Below, piece by piece: positions 27,674 through 39,298 of a stretch of DNA of 64,000 nt; position 1 is the stretch's first letter; each line of letters begins with the position of its first letter. This stretch comes from Gammaproteobacteria bacterium (GTDB lineage Bacteria; Pseudomonadota; Gammaproteobacteria; Pseudomonadales; Azotimanducaceae). The notes below the pieces were generated by a model. The model saw only the letters and a list, made by a program, of their open reading frames with translations, did no database searches and was not told where the DNA came from. The position numbers and the translations under genes were made by a program. The stretch spans positions 19,087 through 83,086 of the forward strand of contig PBRP01000034.1 in NCBI GenBank assembly GCA_002726655.1, in the 5' to 3' direction.

Positions 27674-28591
27674 CTATTGCTCCAGCAACTGGCTGGCCTT
27701 CTTTTGAAGACCTCGCGAGAACATGTTGATCAGTCCATGATCCCGTTGCCAGCGTTGGAAAAGTTCGTTATCCCTGCTCTTCACAAATTCTTCAAATTGT
27801 CGTGCATTTTCAGTAGTTACTGCATCAAAATCAGCGATACCAAGGAGAAAGTCGTCACCACTTAAGCGAATTAAATCTCCCGCAAGCTGAAGAGCACTAC
27901 CGGCGGCACTGACGGTTTCGGGATCTCCATCAAGTCTAATGGTATGAGAGATCATGAAGGCATTAAGAGAAGTCAGGACATGATGTGGTTCTGAAAGAGC
28001 AAAATTGGCTGGCAGATCTCCTGCAGTGATTACGCGATCATCCCTGACAGTAACGTCCTCAAACAGGGCATAACCCTGGCTCAATTCAGCTAGAAAACCA
28101 GTCTCATCTCTGCTGTTCAGCTTCACACCAGGTTCATCACTATCGACAAGCACCACAATATCTTCGTCAGGACACCGGACCCGGACAAAAAGATGGTTTA
28201 CATGTTCAGATGCGGCTACCCAATTCTTGAACCCGGAAAGACTGACACGAGCCTCTGATTTCGTAATTACGGTTCCCGGCTTTTCCCCGGTCTTGTCTTC
28301 CGCTACCAGATAGCTTGCCCAGCCTTCTCTGGGGCAGAAGGGAAAAGCACAGCGAATCATGCCCTGATAACCTGCATGAAATACCCAGGCCAAACGATCA
28401 GCGAGAGCGCCACCAACCAGGGACACAACGAGCGGCGCGTGATCACTCACAGTTGAGCCCATCCAGAGGCTATGCCACCCGGCTTCAGTCTGGGATTCAC
28501 CCGGCACGATACTTCCCGACAAAAGCCGGTCTAGTTCCAATTGAAAATCCTTATTCTCATCCATCTCAATGGCTCCATTCTCAGAATTCAT
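27674..28591 (-). CDS. Short acyl-CoA-dehydrogenase-like protein (function unknown)
   Basis: 305 aa. The segment VSLSGFKNWVAASEHVNHLFVRV resembles the ACAD middle-domain G.K.WIT....A......A motif. It is much shorter than canonical ACADs and I see no clear catalytic C-terminal domain. Confidence 0.4.
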   Translation of the reverse strand: MNSENGAIEMDENKDFQLELDRLLSGSIVPGESQTEAGWHSLWMGSTVSDHAPLVVSLVGGALADRLAWVFHAGYQGMIRCAFPFCPREGWASYLVAEDKTGEKPGTVITKSEARVSLSGFKNWVAASEHVNHLFVRVRCPDEDIVVLVDSDEPGVKLNSRDETGFLAELSQGYALFEDVTVRDDRVITAGDLPANFALSEPHHVLTSLNAFMISHTIRLDGDPETVSAAGSALQLAGDLIRLSGDDFLLGIADFDAVTTENARQFEEFVKSRDNELFQRWQRDHGLINMFSRGLQKKASQLLEQ

Positions 28592-28745
28592 ACTTTCTCA
28601 GATTACCCTTGATCCGCGCAAATCAGCTGCACTGCCGAACACTTCACCTGGGCGCCCACCAAAAGTGCATATCATCAGGGGAGAAAGGGATCTGTATGAT
28701 AGTATTTTATGCTGAGTCTTCTACCCTTGGGACCTGCTTGTCACT

Positions 28746-29255
28746 ATGATGCGTTTCGTTCGATTTCTGGATGGTGTCAATGAACTGATTGGAACATCCG
28801 TTGCCTGGCTAACCCTGGTAATGATGCTCACCACTTGTGGTGTAGTCGTCGCAAGATACATTTTTAATGTCGGCTCGATTGCCCTGCAGGAATCTGTCAT
28901 GTACCTGCATGGCACCGTGTTTATGCTGGGCATTGCCTACACCCTGAAACATCAGGGACATGTCCGGGTCGATATCTTCTATGCCAGATTCTCCACCAGA
29001 ACCCGGGCAATAATTGACAGCCTGGGCACGATCATATTTCTGTTTCCGATTGGACTGTTTTTCTTCATCTCCAGCCTCGACTATGTCTCTTTTTCCTGGT
29101 CATTGAAGGAAGGATCAGCGCAACCAGGAGGCCTGCCCGGTGTCTTTGTCTTGAAAACTCTTATTCCGGTGATGGCCTTTCTACTGTTGCTCCAGGGTCT
29201 TGCGGAATTAGGTCGCCTGACAATGATTATCACTCACAACGATGAGCAAGCATGA
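28746..29255 (+). CDS. TRAP transporter small permease (DctQ-type)
   Basis: 169 aa with four predicted hydrophobic segments, immediately preceding and abutting the large permease gene. Confidence 0.8.
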   Translation: MMRFVRFLDGVNELIGTSVAWLTLVMMLTTCGVVVARYIFNVGSIALQESVMYLHGTVFMLGIAYTLKHQGHVRVDIFYARFSTRTRAIIDSLGTIIFLFPIGLFFFISSLDYVSFSWSLKEGSAQPGGLPGVFVLKTLIPVMAFLLLLQGLAELGRLTMIITHNDEQA

Positions 29256-30620
29256 ATGGCTGAATTCATACCCCTCATTATGTTCGCTATCGTCTTTGCT
29301 CTGCTGCTGCTTGGCTATCCAGTTGCTTTAACACTGGCTGGAACAGCACTTATCTCTGCTGCACTTGGCATAGCCACTGGCACATTTGATTCTGCCTTTC
29401 TCATTGCCATGCCAAATCGTCTTTTCGGTATCGTTACCAATCAGACCTTGATCGCCGTACCTCTGTTCGTGCTGATGGGAGTCATTCTTGAAAAATCCAG
29501 AATTGCAGAAGATCTGCTGGACTCTATGAGCTCCCTGTTTGGCCCACTTCCAGGCGGCCTCGGTCTCGCAGTTACCCTTGTTGGAATGTTGATGGCAGCC
29601 AGCACCGGTATTGTAGGTGCAACAGTTGTAACCATGGGTTTGATGTCTCTGCCAAGCATGTTAAAAGCCAAGTACGACCCGGCCCTGGCCACCGGAGCAA
29701 TATGCGCAACGGGCACCCTCGGGCAGATCATTCCACCTTCTATCTCCCTCGTGCTTCTGGGAGATGTTCTTTCTAACGCCTACCAGCAGGCACAGCTTAG
29801 CCAGGGTATTTTTAGCCCGCGCACCATATCTGTAGGAGATCTATTCGCGGCTGCCATCATTCCCGGGCTGATGCTGGTACTCTTTTACGCGGCCTATATC
29901 TGGATCACAGCCCTGATATGGCCGCTAAAGGCCCCACCTACTCACGCCGGGACAGAAAGGACGCCGAATATTCTCAGCAGCCTGGTGCCACCACTAATTC
30001 TTATTGTTTCGGTCCTGGGCTCTATCCTGGCTGGTATTGCAACGCCTACAGAAGCTGCCGGTGTCGGCGCCATGGGAGCATTCCTCCTGGCCATAATGAG
30101 GAGAGCCCTGAACCTAGAAAAACTGAAGTCCGTAACCCGATCCACGACGCAGACAACTTCCATGGTGTTCTTTATCCTGATCGGAGCGTCACTATTTTCA
30201 CTCGTTTTCAGGGGTTTCGGTGGCGATGACCTGGTAGGGCAGCTTTTCCTTGATATGCCTGGTGGCGTTACTGGCGCTACCCTAATCGTCATGCTGGTAA
30301 TCTTTTTGCTGGGATTTGTCCTCGACTTTATCGAAATTACCTTTGTCGTGGTACCTATCGTCGGACCGGTGTTGATGGCAATGGGAGTCGACCCTGTCTG
30401 GCTTGGCGTCATGATTGCCATAAACCTGCAGACTTCTTTCCTGACTCCACCTTTTGGTTTTGCCCTTTTCTATCTGCGCGGTGTGGCTCCACCAGAAGTG
30501 CCTACAACTGAAATCTATCGCGGTGTTGTGCCTTTCATCATCATTCAGTTGTCTGTGCTACTCATTATCGCCTGGCAACCGGCAGCCGCAACCTGGCTAC
30601 CATCACTATTATATCACTAG
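29256..30620 (+). CDS. TRAP transporter large permease (DctM-type)
   Basis: 454 aa polytopic membrane protein with a DctM-like pattern (PLFVLMGVILEKS, GQIIPPSI, TPPFGFALFYLRGV). Confidence 0.88.
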   Translation: MAEFIPLIMFAIVFALLLLGYPVALTLAGTALISAALGIATGTFDSAFLIAMPNRLFGIVTNQTLIAVPLFVLMGVILEKSRIAEDLLDSMSSLFGPLPGGLGLAVTLVGMLMAASTGIVGATVVTMGLMSLPSMLKAKYDPALATGAICATGTLGQIIPPSISLVLLGDVLSNAYQQAQLSQGIFSPRTISVGDLFAAAIIPGLMLVLFYAAYIWITALIWPLKAPPTHAGTERTPNILSSLVPPLILIVSVLGSILAGIATPTEAAGVGAMGAFLLAIMRRALNLEKLKSVTRSTTQTTSMVFFILIGASLFSLVFRGFGGDDLVGQLFLDMPGGVTGATLIVMLVIFLLGFVLDFIEITFVVVPIVGPVLMAMGVDPVWLGVMIAINLQTSFLTPPFGFALFYLRGVAPPEVPTTEIYRGVVPFIIIQLSVLLIIAWQPAAATWLPSLLYH

Positions 30621-30654
30621 CCTGGTTTTTGTCCGGATTTGGATATTGAGCGGG

Positions 30655-31788
30655 CTAGTCGCTATCTTCCAGGAGGGACCTGGCATCTCCGTATGCCCGC
30701 TCTGAAATCTTCTGGTACTCAACAACATCACTTCTATACCGCGTAAAAGAGTCATAAATTTTCTGGCTCAGGGGATCCTCATCCACGATAGAGGCTGTCA
30801 CCTCCTTTGAGAGCCTGGCAAGCTCCTTAATAACATCGTCAGGTAGTTTTCTTAATTCCACGCCATGGTTATCTACCAGTTCACGTAACGCCGCATTATT
30901 TCGCGCTGTATACTCTGCCAGCAAATCACTATTTACCGTGAGTACAGCAGCCCGCAATATTTCCTGTAGATCTTCAGGCAATGAATCATAGGCTTCTTTG
31001 TTTACGATAGCCTCCAGAGTTGGCCCAGGTTCCTGCCATCCTGGGTAGTAGTAGTATTTCGCGACCCGATGCAGACCAAAAGCCAGGTCATTGTAGGGGC
31101 CGACCCATTCAGTCGCGTCTATGACGCCCGTCTGCAAACTCGTAAAAATTTCACCACCATGCATATTGACCGCTATTCCACCTGCCTTCTCAAAGACTTC
31201 ACCACCCAGTCCGGGTATGCGCATTTTCATACCTTGAATATCTTCGAGGGAATTAATCTCCCTGTTGAACCAGCCGGCCATCTGCACACCGGTATTACCA
31301 GCTGCAAAAGGCACAAGGTTATATCTGGCATAGAGCTCCCGCCACAGTTCCATTCCACCACCATGAAACAACCAGCCATTCATTTCCTGGGCTGTCAGCC
31401 CGAAGGGTACCGCGGTAAAAAACTGTGCTATTTCTACCTTGCCTTTCCAATAGTAGGCTGCCCCATGTCCCATCTGCACAGCACCCTGGGAGACTGCTTC
31501 AAATACCTCGCGAGCCGGCACTATCTCGCCGGCCCCATAGACTCTTATATCCAGCCGGCCATTACTCATCTTACGAACCATATCTGCAATGGTTTCAGGC
31601 GCAACACCCATACCCGGCAGATTTTTTGGCCAGGTTGTAACCATCCGCCAGGAGTAGACTTCCTTGGCTTTTGCCTCCCCTGAGGCTTCTGAAGAGGCTC
31701 TGTCCTCGGTCCCACCACAACCGTACAAAGACAACATGCTGACCAGCATCAAATACTTAATTTTCACTTTCCGTTCCTTCCTGTTCAT
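30655..31788 (-). CDS. TRAP transporter periplasmic solute-binding lipoprotein (DctP family)
   Basis: The internal Met gives MNRKERKVKIKYLMLVSMLSLYGCGG (lipobox LYGC). The mature part (WRMVTTWPKNLPG, AAYYWKGK, FAAGNTGVQMAGWF) matches the DctP-type family that I recall as the mannitol/chloroaromatic COG4663 class. Confidence 0.8.
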   Translation of the reverse strand: MNRKERKVKIKYLMLVSMLSLYGCGGTEDRASSEASGEAKAKEVYSWRMVTTWPKNLPGMGVAPETIADMVRKMSNGRLDIRVYGAGEIVPAREVFEAVSQGAVQMGHGAAYYWKGKVEIAQFFTAVPFGLTAQEMNGWLFHGGGMELWRELYARYNLVPFAAGNTGVQMAGWFNREINSLEDIQGMKMRIPGLGGEVFEKAGGIAVNMHGGEIFTSLQTGVIDATEWVGPYNDLAFGLHRVAKYYYYPGWQEPGPTLEAIVNKEAYDSLPEDLQEILRAAVLTVNSDLLAEYTARNNAALRELVDNHGVELRKLPDDVIKELARLSKEVTASIVDEDPLSQKIYDSFTRYRSDVVEYQKISERAYGDARSLLEDSD

Positions 31789-31839
31789 GCTGCACCCATG
31801 ATCTCTCATCAGTGCATCAATAATGGACCCTTTGTTTTC

Positions 31840-34077
31840 CTACCCAACCGATTCCAGCTTGGCATAGGCCGTCATCAGCCACTTGCTGCCTGTGCCCACA
31901 AAATTAACCTGGACTCTGGCCTGTTTTCCGGCACCTTCGTAGTTCACCACAGTACCTTCACCGAATTTTGCATGTATCACTCGCTGCCCAAGTTTCAGGC
32001 CCGTTCCATCTACTTCAGCATCTCTTGCTATGGCAGTCAGACCCCTTGACCTGGCAGATGTGACGGGCCTAACCAGTGTATTTTGTGACCTGATTTCCAG
32101 TATCAGCTGCTCAGGTATCTCCGCGACAAACCTGGACGGTCTATTGTAAGTATCACTACCATGCATCCGCCGGGCCTCCGCATAGGTCAGGTACAATTGC
32201 TCCATCGCCCTTGTAACGCCCACATAACACAGTCGTCGCTCTTCCTCCAAACGCCCGGGTTCCTCAATGGACATCCTATGGGGGAATAGTCCTTCTTCCA
32301 TTCCAGCGAGGAAAACCAGTGGAAATTCCAGGCCCTTGGCACTGTGTAAGGTCATCAACTGTACACAATCCTGGTTAGGATCGCCTTGACCTTCTCCCGC
32401 CTCCAACGCAGCATGATTGAGAAATTGCTCCAGTATCGTTAACTCAATGGGATCAGCTGTCTCTTCTGATGTAAGGTCTGAAGATCCCACTTCTGCAAAC
32501 GATAGCTCTTCTTCCGGGTCAAAAGTTCTTGCGGCGGTCACCAATTCATCCAGGTTTTCCAACCTTGCCTGCCCCCGTTCCCCTCTCTCCTTCTCATAGA
32601 AGCTTTTAAGTCCGGACTGTTCCACAACAATTTCTACCATTCCGGGCAAGTCAGAATCTTTCGTCTTCTCGTCAAGTGTATTGATCAAATTGATGAAGCC
32701 GCCTACGGCGTTTCTTGCCCTCGCTGGCAGATCACCCGCCTGTGCAATACCACAGGCAGCCCGCCACATGGAGATATTACTGGTACTCGCCAAAATACGA
32801 ATCTGCTCTAGGGTCCGGCCTCCAATTCCCCGGGTGGGTGTGTTAACCACCCGTTCAAAGGCAGCATCCGCATCTCGCCCTGCAACCAGTCTCATGTAGG
32901 CAAGTGCATTTCGAATTTCTGCCCGTTCAAAAAAACGCTGCCCACCATAGATACGATAGGGTAACTGTGATCTAAGCAATGCTTCTTCCATAGCCCTTGA
33001 TTGAGCATTGGAGCGATATAGGATTGCCGCATCGCAGAAGCGATTCCCATCCCGGGACCACTGTTTGATACATTCGACAATATATCGCGCCTCATCAATT
33101 TCATTGTACGCGGCATACAGCTTGACAAGGTCCCCATCATTTCCGTCGGTCCAAAGCTCCTTGCCGAGTCTGCCAGCATTCTTGTTGATCAAACCATTGG
33201 CAGCTTTGAGGATATTTCCTGTGGAACGATAATTCTGTTCAAGGCGGATGGTACGGCTATTAGGGAAGTCTTTGCTAAACCGCTGGATATTCTCTATTTT
33301 TGCTCCACGCCAGCCGTAAATGGACTGATCATCATCTCCCACAACCGTCAGGATGTCCCTGTTGCCGGCCAGGACCTGAAGCCAGGCGTATTGAATGGTA
33401 TTAGTGTCCTGGAACTCGTCCACTAACAGGGTCACGAACCTGTCCTGGTAGTGCTGCAGTAATCTGTCGTTATTCAACCAAAGCTCATGGGCTCGAAGCA
33501 GCAACTCACCAAAATCCACCATGCCACCACGTTCACAGGCTTCTTCATAAGCCCGGTAAACTTCCAGATGGGTCTTGATATACAGATCACCGAAATCTTC
33601 TATATTTTTTGGCCGCAGTCCCTCATCTTTCTGGTTATTGATGAACCAGACCGCCTGCCTGGGTGGCCACCTTTTTTCATCCAGATTGAGATTGCTCATG
33701 ACTCTTTTTACGAGACGTAGTTGATCATCGGCATCGAGGATTTGAAAATTCTGTTGTAAACCCGCTTCCTGCCAGTGCATGCGTAGCAACCTATGGGCAA
33801 TGCTGTGGAAAGTTCCAACCCACATTCCCTGCGCTGGCATCGACAACAAGGATTCGATGCGGCCTCTCATTTCAGCAGCGGCCTTATTCGTAAAAGTAAC
33901 CGCAAGAATACTGTAAGGAGAAACATCCTCAGTTTGAATCAGCCATGCGATTCGATGAGTCAAGACCCTGGTCTTTCCACTCCCTGCGCCCGCCAGTACC
34001 AGCGCACTACCCAAGGGAGCGGCTACGGCATCTCTTTGAGCTTCATTGAGCGAATCCAGGATATGTGAAACATCCAT
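31840..34077 (-). CDS. uvrD: DNA helicase II
   Basis: 745 aa. Contains LNEAQRDAV, LVLAGAGSGKTRVLTHRIA, VDEFQDTN, QNYRS and VTLMTLHSAKGLEF, plus a C-terminal Tudor-like GQRVIHAKFGEGTV. Confidence 0.92.
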   Translation of the reverse strand: MDVSHILDSLNEAQRDAVAAPLGSALVLAGAGSGKTRVLTHRIAWLIQTEDVSPYSILAVTFTNKAAAEMRGRIESLLSMPAQGMWVGTFHSIAHRLLRMHWQEAGLQQNFQILDADDQLRLVKRVMSNLNLDEKRWPPRQAVWFINNQKDEGLRPKNIEDFGDLYIKTHLEVYRAYEEACERGGMVDFGELLLRAHELWLNNDRLLQHYQDRFVTLLVDEFQDTNTIQYAWLQVLAGNRDILTVVGDDDQSIYGWRGAKIENIQRFSKDFPNSRTIRLEQNYRSTGNILKAANGLINKNAGRLGKELWTDGNDGDLVKLYAAYNEIDEARYIVECIKQWSRDGNRFCDAAILYRSNAQSRAMEEALLRSQLPYRIYGGQRFFERAEIRNALAYMRLVAGRDADAAFERVVNTPTRGIGGRTLEQIRILASTSNISMWRAACGIAQAGDLPARARNAVGGFINLINTLDEKTKDSDLPGMVEIVVEQSGLKSFYEKERGERGQARLENLDELVTAARTFDPEEELSFAEVGSSDLTSEETADPIELTILEQFLNHAALEAGEGQGDPNQDCVQLMTLHSAKGLEFPLVFLAGMEEGLFPHRMSIEEPGRLEEERRLCYVGVTRAMEQLYLTYAEARRMHGSDTYNRPSRFVAEIPEQLILEIRSQNTLVRPVTSARSRGLTAIARDAEVDGTGLKLGQRVIHAKFGEGTVVNYEGAGKQARVQVNFVGTGSKWLMTAYAKLESVG

Positions 34078-34084
34078 AAGAAAC

Positions 34085-35917
34085 CTACTCTACTGTCACA
34101 GACTTGGCGAGGTTTCGGGGCTGATCAACATCTGTACCCTTAAATACAGCAACATGATATGCCAGGAGCTGCATAGGCAGGACATAAACAAGAGGTGAAA
34201 TTATGCTGTGGCACGCAGGTAGATGAAGAACAGTTGTATCCGGATCATCAGGGAATCGACTGCTTTCATGGGCAAAAATATACAGCTCTCCTCCCCGTGC
34301 ACGAACTTCCTGGAGATTCGACTTGAGTTTCTCCAACAAATCATCATCTGGCGCAACAGCTATGACGGGCATATCATCATCTACCAGCGCCAGGGGTCCA
34401 TGTTTTAGTTCACCAGCCGGATAACCCTCAGCGTGAATATACGAAATCTCCTTTAACTTGAGAGCGCCTTCCAATGCGATGGGGTAGTTGGTTCCCCTGC
34501 CTAAAAAGAGAGCATTGCGTTTCTCAACAAATCTCTCGGCGATAATTTCAATCTGGTTATCCAGTTTCAGAACCTGTTCCAGTAAATCCGGCGTCGCCGA
34601 CAGGGCTGCAACAATTTCCTGCTGTTCATCCTCTGACAATCCATTGTGCCTTCCCAATGTAACGACGAGCAGCAACAGGCCTGCCAGCTGGTTGGTGAAT
34701 GCCTTCGTGGACGCGACACAAATCTCTATACCCGCCTGGATCATCAGGCAGAAATCGGATTCTCGAACAAGGGAACTATTGGGAACATTGCAGAGGCAAA
34801 GGCTGGCCAGGTAACGACTGTCGGTAGCATTTCTCAACGCAGCCAGCGTATCGGCCGTTTCACCTGATTGGGAGATGGTAACCAGCAATGTATCCTGTAA
34901 AACAGCAACCTTCCTGTAGCGAAGTTCACTTGCAATTTCAACGCTGCAGGGTAGACCCGCAATCTGTTCAAACCAATATTGCGCCACCAGACCGGTATAG
35001 TAGCTGCTGCCACAGGCAACTATCCGAACTGCCTTGACCTTGGCAAACATTTCACCTGCTCCGATACCAAAGGCAATGTCCAGCACTCTCCCATCAGCAA
35101 CCCTTCCCTGAAGAGTTTGTCTCAGGGCATCTGGCTGGTCAAAGATTTCCTTGAGCATGAAATGACGGAAATTTCCCTTGTCACCAGTCTCATGATGATC
35201 ATCGAGCTTAACTGTCCTGCTCTCAACGGAAGCTCTGTTATGACCAAAGATGGAGATCTCTTCCGCCGATAATTCAACAATCTCACCTTCTTCCAGGAAA
35301 ATGAATCGATCAGTTACAGGACGAAGCGCCTGGGGATCTGACGCTACAAAGTTCTCACCGATACCAAGACCAACAACCAGCGGGCTGCCCGCACGGGCCG
35401 CCAGCAAGGTTCTGGGATAGTCGATATGCTGCACGACTATGGCATACGCACCATGCAGCCGGTCCAATACCGCGTCTACTCCTTCCCTGAAATCTCCGCA
35501 CTTTTCTATTTCCCGGGCGAGTAGATGCGCGATTACTTCCGTGTCTGTTTCTGAAACAAAACAATAGCCATCCTGCTGCAACTCAACCCGAAGGGCTTCA
35601 TGATTTTCGACTATGCCATTATGAACAACACTGATCTTGTCTCCGGAAACATGTGGATGAGCATTATTCTCTGAAGGGCTGCCGTGAGTCGCCCAGCGTG
35701 TGTGCGCGATACCAACATGCCCAGCTGGTCTAGGGTCCTGACAAGCACTGTGCAGCTCACTGACTTTGCCAAGCCGGCGGATTCTCTGCAGGCCATCACT
35801 TTCACTGTAGACGGAAAGTCCCGCTGAATCATATCCCCTGTATTCCAGCCTTTGCAGCCCTTCCAACAGAATACCTGCAACATCGCGATGAGTGACCGCT
35901 CCGACAATTCCGCACAT
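34085..35917 (-). CDS. glmS: Glutamine-fructose-6-phosphate aminotransferase
   Basis: 610 aa. MCGIVGAV N-terminal nucleophile, two SIS domains, C-terminal ...NLAKSVTVE. Confidence 0.96.
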   Translation of the reverse strand: MCGIVGAVTHRDVAGILLEGLQRLEYRGYDSAGLSVYSESDGLQRIRRLGKVSELHSACQDPRPAGHVGIAHTRWATHGSPSENNAHPHVSGDKISVVHNGIVENHEALRVELQQDGYCFVSETDTEVIAHLLAREIEKCGDFREGVDAVLDRLHGAYAIVVQHIDYPRTLLAARAGSPLVVGLGIGENFVASDPQALRPVTDRFIFLEEGEIVELSAEEISIFGHNRASVESRTVKLDDHHETGDKGNFRHFMLKEIFDQPDALRQTLQGRVADGRVLDIAFGIGAGEMFAKVKAVRIVACGSSYYTGLVAQYWFEQIAGLPCSVEIASELRYRKVAVLQDTLLVTISQSGETADTLAALRNATDSRYLASLCLCNVPNSSLVRESDFCLMIQAGIEICVASTKAFTNQLAGLLLLVVTLGRHNGLSEDEQQEIVAALSATPDLLEQVLKLDNQIEIIAERFVEKRNALFLGRGTNYPIALEGALKLKEISYIHAEGYPAGELKHGPLALVDDDMPVIAVAPDDDLLEKLKSNLQEVRARGGELYIFAHESSRFPDDPDTTVLHLPACHSIISPLVYVLPMQLLAYHVAVFKGTDVDQPRNLAKSVTVE

Positions 35918-35956
35918 ACTAACGGACCAAGGAAGAATAAGGATGAGGCATTTTTC

Positions 35957-37321
35957 TCATCGCTTTTTCGGTCTCTTCCAATGAGTGATTGTCTTTTGCC
36001 TGCCGCGACTAACGGCCAGCACATTCTTTTCAACATCACTTGTAATAGTGGAGCCTGCACCGATTGAGGAGCCCTCCCCAATAGTGACGGGTGCAACAAG
36101 GGCAGTATTCGAACCTACAAAAACATGATCCCTTATGTGTGTCTCAAATTTATTTACGCCATCATAGTTACAGGTAATGGTTCCTGCGCCTATGTTCACT
36201 GAGCGTCCAATAGTGCTGTCTCCCAGGTAGGAAAGATGACTGGCCTTCGTCCCTTCACCCAGTGTGCTCTTTTTGACTTCGACAAAATTACCGACCGCCG
36301 ATTCGCTTTTCAAATGAGTTCCGGGACGCAGCCTGGCAAATGGGCCAACCCTGCAACCATTGTCTATGGTAGTTTCTTCAATCACTGAATTAGCCTTGAT
36401 AACAGAATCTTGCCCAATTTTGCTGTCTGTGATTACGCAATTTGGACCTATAACGACACCATCCGCGATTTCCACCTTCCCTTCTAGTATTACATTGACG
36501 TCAATCACAACATCCTTACCGACCGTCAATTCACCTCTGAGATCGAATCTGTTTGGATCGATTATATGGACACCCTGATCCATGAATTTGCGGGCATTAT
36601 TGAGCTGGTGCTCTCTTTCCAATGCCGCCAGTTGTTCAAAAGTATTGATTCCTGTCACTTCAATTGCCTCCGACGCTTTGTGGGCGGATACCTTGCAACC
36701 AGATTCTGCTGCGATCGCCACAATATCCGTCAGCAGATATTCACCTTGATCGTTGTCATTATCCAGACTTGAGAGCCACTTTTGTAATAGGGATGCAGTG
36801 ATAATCATGCAACCAGTATTAATCTCTTTGATTGCTTTTTGATCCTCCGTCGCGTCACGTTCCTCGACTATTGCAGCGACGTTTCCATTCGTATCCCGCA
36901 CAATTCTTCCATAGTTAAAGGGCTCGATCATATCAACGCTTAATACGCCCAGGTCACACTCTAATCCCACCAGTGCCTCCAAGGTCGCGGTTGTAATTAA
37001 TGGTGCATCACCCAGCAAAATAATCACCCTGGATTCCGCTGCAAAATGCTCCGTGGCCTGCATTACAGCATGCCCGGTACCAAGTCTTTCCTCCTGCATG
37101 ACCCAGTTAACTTCCGCTTCCGGGAATACCGCCCTGACCAGTTCCGCCTCCGAACCAATAACGACATGAACCCGTGATATACCAAATTCTTTGACGGTTC
37201 CCAACAAATGAAATAGAAGTGGTCGGCCCGCAAAATGGTGCAGGACTTTCGGTCGCCGGGAGCGCATCCTGGATCCCTTTCCGGCGGCTAGAATGCAGAC
37301 TTCGATACTTTTATCCGACAT
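35957..37321 (-). CDS. glmU: Bifunctional UDP-N-acetylglucosamine pyrophosphorylase / GlcN-1-P acetyltransferase
   Basis: 454 aa. Contains ILAAGKGSRM and a left-handed beta-helix hexapeptide repeat C-terminal half. Confidence 0.95.
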   Translation of the reverse strand: MSDKSIEVCILAAGKGSRMRSRRPKVLHHFAGRPLLFHLLGTVKEFGISRVHVVIGSEAELVRAVFPEAEVNWVMQEERLGTGHAVMQATEHFAAESRVIILLGDAPLITTATLEALVGLECDLGVLSVDMIEPFNYGRIVRDTNGNVAAIVEERDATEDQKAIKEINTGCMIITASLLQKWLSSLDNDNDQGEYLLTDIVAIAAESGCKVSAHKASEAIEVTGINTFEQLAALEREHQLNNARKFMDQGVHIIDPNRFDLRGELTVGKDVVIDVNVILEGKVEIADGVVIGPNCVITDSKIGQDSVIKANSVIEETTIDNGCRVGPFARLRPGTHLKSESAVGNFVEVKKSTLGEGTKASHLSYLGDSTIGRSVNIGAGTITCNYDGVNKFETHIRDHVFVGSNTALVAPVTIGEGSSIGAGSTITSDVEKNVLAVSRGRQKTITHWKRPKKR

Positions 37322-37384
37322 CTGGAGAGTTTACCTTTATATCTGTCTGCTGACAGAAAAAGCGACCGCTTTGAAGCCAATCAC

Positions 37385-37403
37385 AAAAAAGGCGACTCTC
37401 GCC
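37385..37403 (-). terminator. Candidate intrinsic terminator after atpC
   Basis: On the minus strand, GGCGA-GAG-UCGCC is followed by UUUUUU, about 25 nt after the atpC stop. The stem is short (5 bp, extendable with A-U pairs). Confidence 0.5.
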
Positions 37404-37428
37404 GCCTTTATCGAACTTCAAATTATTG

Positions 37429-37851
37429 CTACTTTTTCTTTTCCCTAAATTTCCGGATAGTTCTCAGCATGGCAGCCGTCTCCTGTAGATCTAGAGTTAC
37501 CCTGGCATAATCAATGTCAGCCTTCTGATCCGCAAGCTCATGCTCAACTTTCTTTTGTGCCTCAAGGGCTGCTGCTTCATCCATATCACCTGCCCGATAG
37601 GCAGTATCAGCCAAAATTGTAATTGAAGTAGGCTGGACTTCAATGTAGCCACCGGACGCAAAAAAGACTTCCTCTTCACCACCCTCTAGAATTAATCGAA
37701 CAGGTCCCGGTCTCACTCCACTCAACAGCGGTGTATGTCCTGGCAATATTCCAAGCTCTCCGATTGTCCCAGTAGCGACAACCATCTCGACCTGCCCCGA
37801 AAAAATCTCCTCCTCGGCGCTGACAATGCTGCAAGTTACGGTAGATGCCAT
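37429..37851 (-). CDS. atpC: F1 ATP synthase epsilon subunit
   Basis: 140 aa. Last gene of the atp operon; IVSAEEEIFSGQVEMVVATG.. is typical. Confidence 0.93.
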   Translation of the reverse strand: MASTVTCSIVSAEEEIFSGQVEMVVATGTIGELGILPGHTPLLSGVRPGPVRLILEGGEEEVFFASGGYIEVQPTSITILADTAYRAGDMDEAAALEAQKKVEHELADQKADIDYARVTLDLQETAAMLRTIRKFREKKK

Positions 37852-37879
37852 AGTGTCCTATATCCCCAACCTTTTCAGG

Positions 37880-39268
<1,389 letters not shown>

Positions 39269-39298
39269 TTAGCTTAACCATGCGGTTAGTGCTCCGGC

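Noticed and set aside
30621-30654. Bidirectional intrinsic terminator between the convergent dctM and dctP genes
   Set aside because: I could not find a convincing GC-rich stem with flanking T/A runs in the 34-nt gap.
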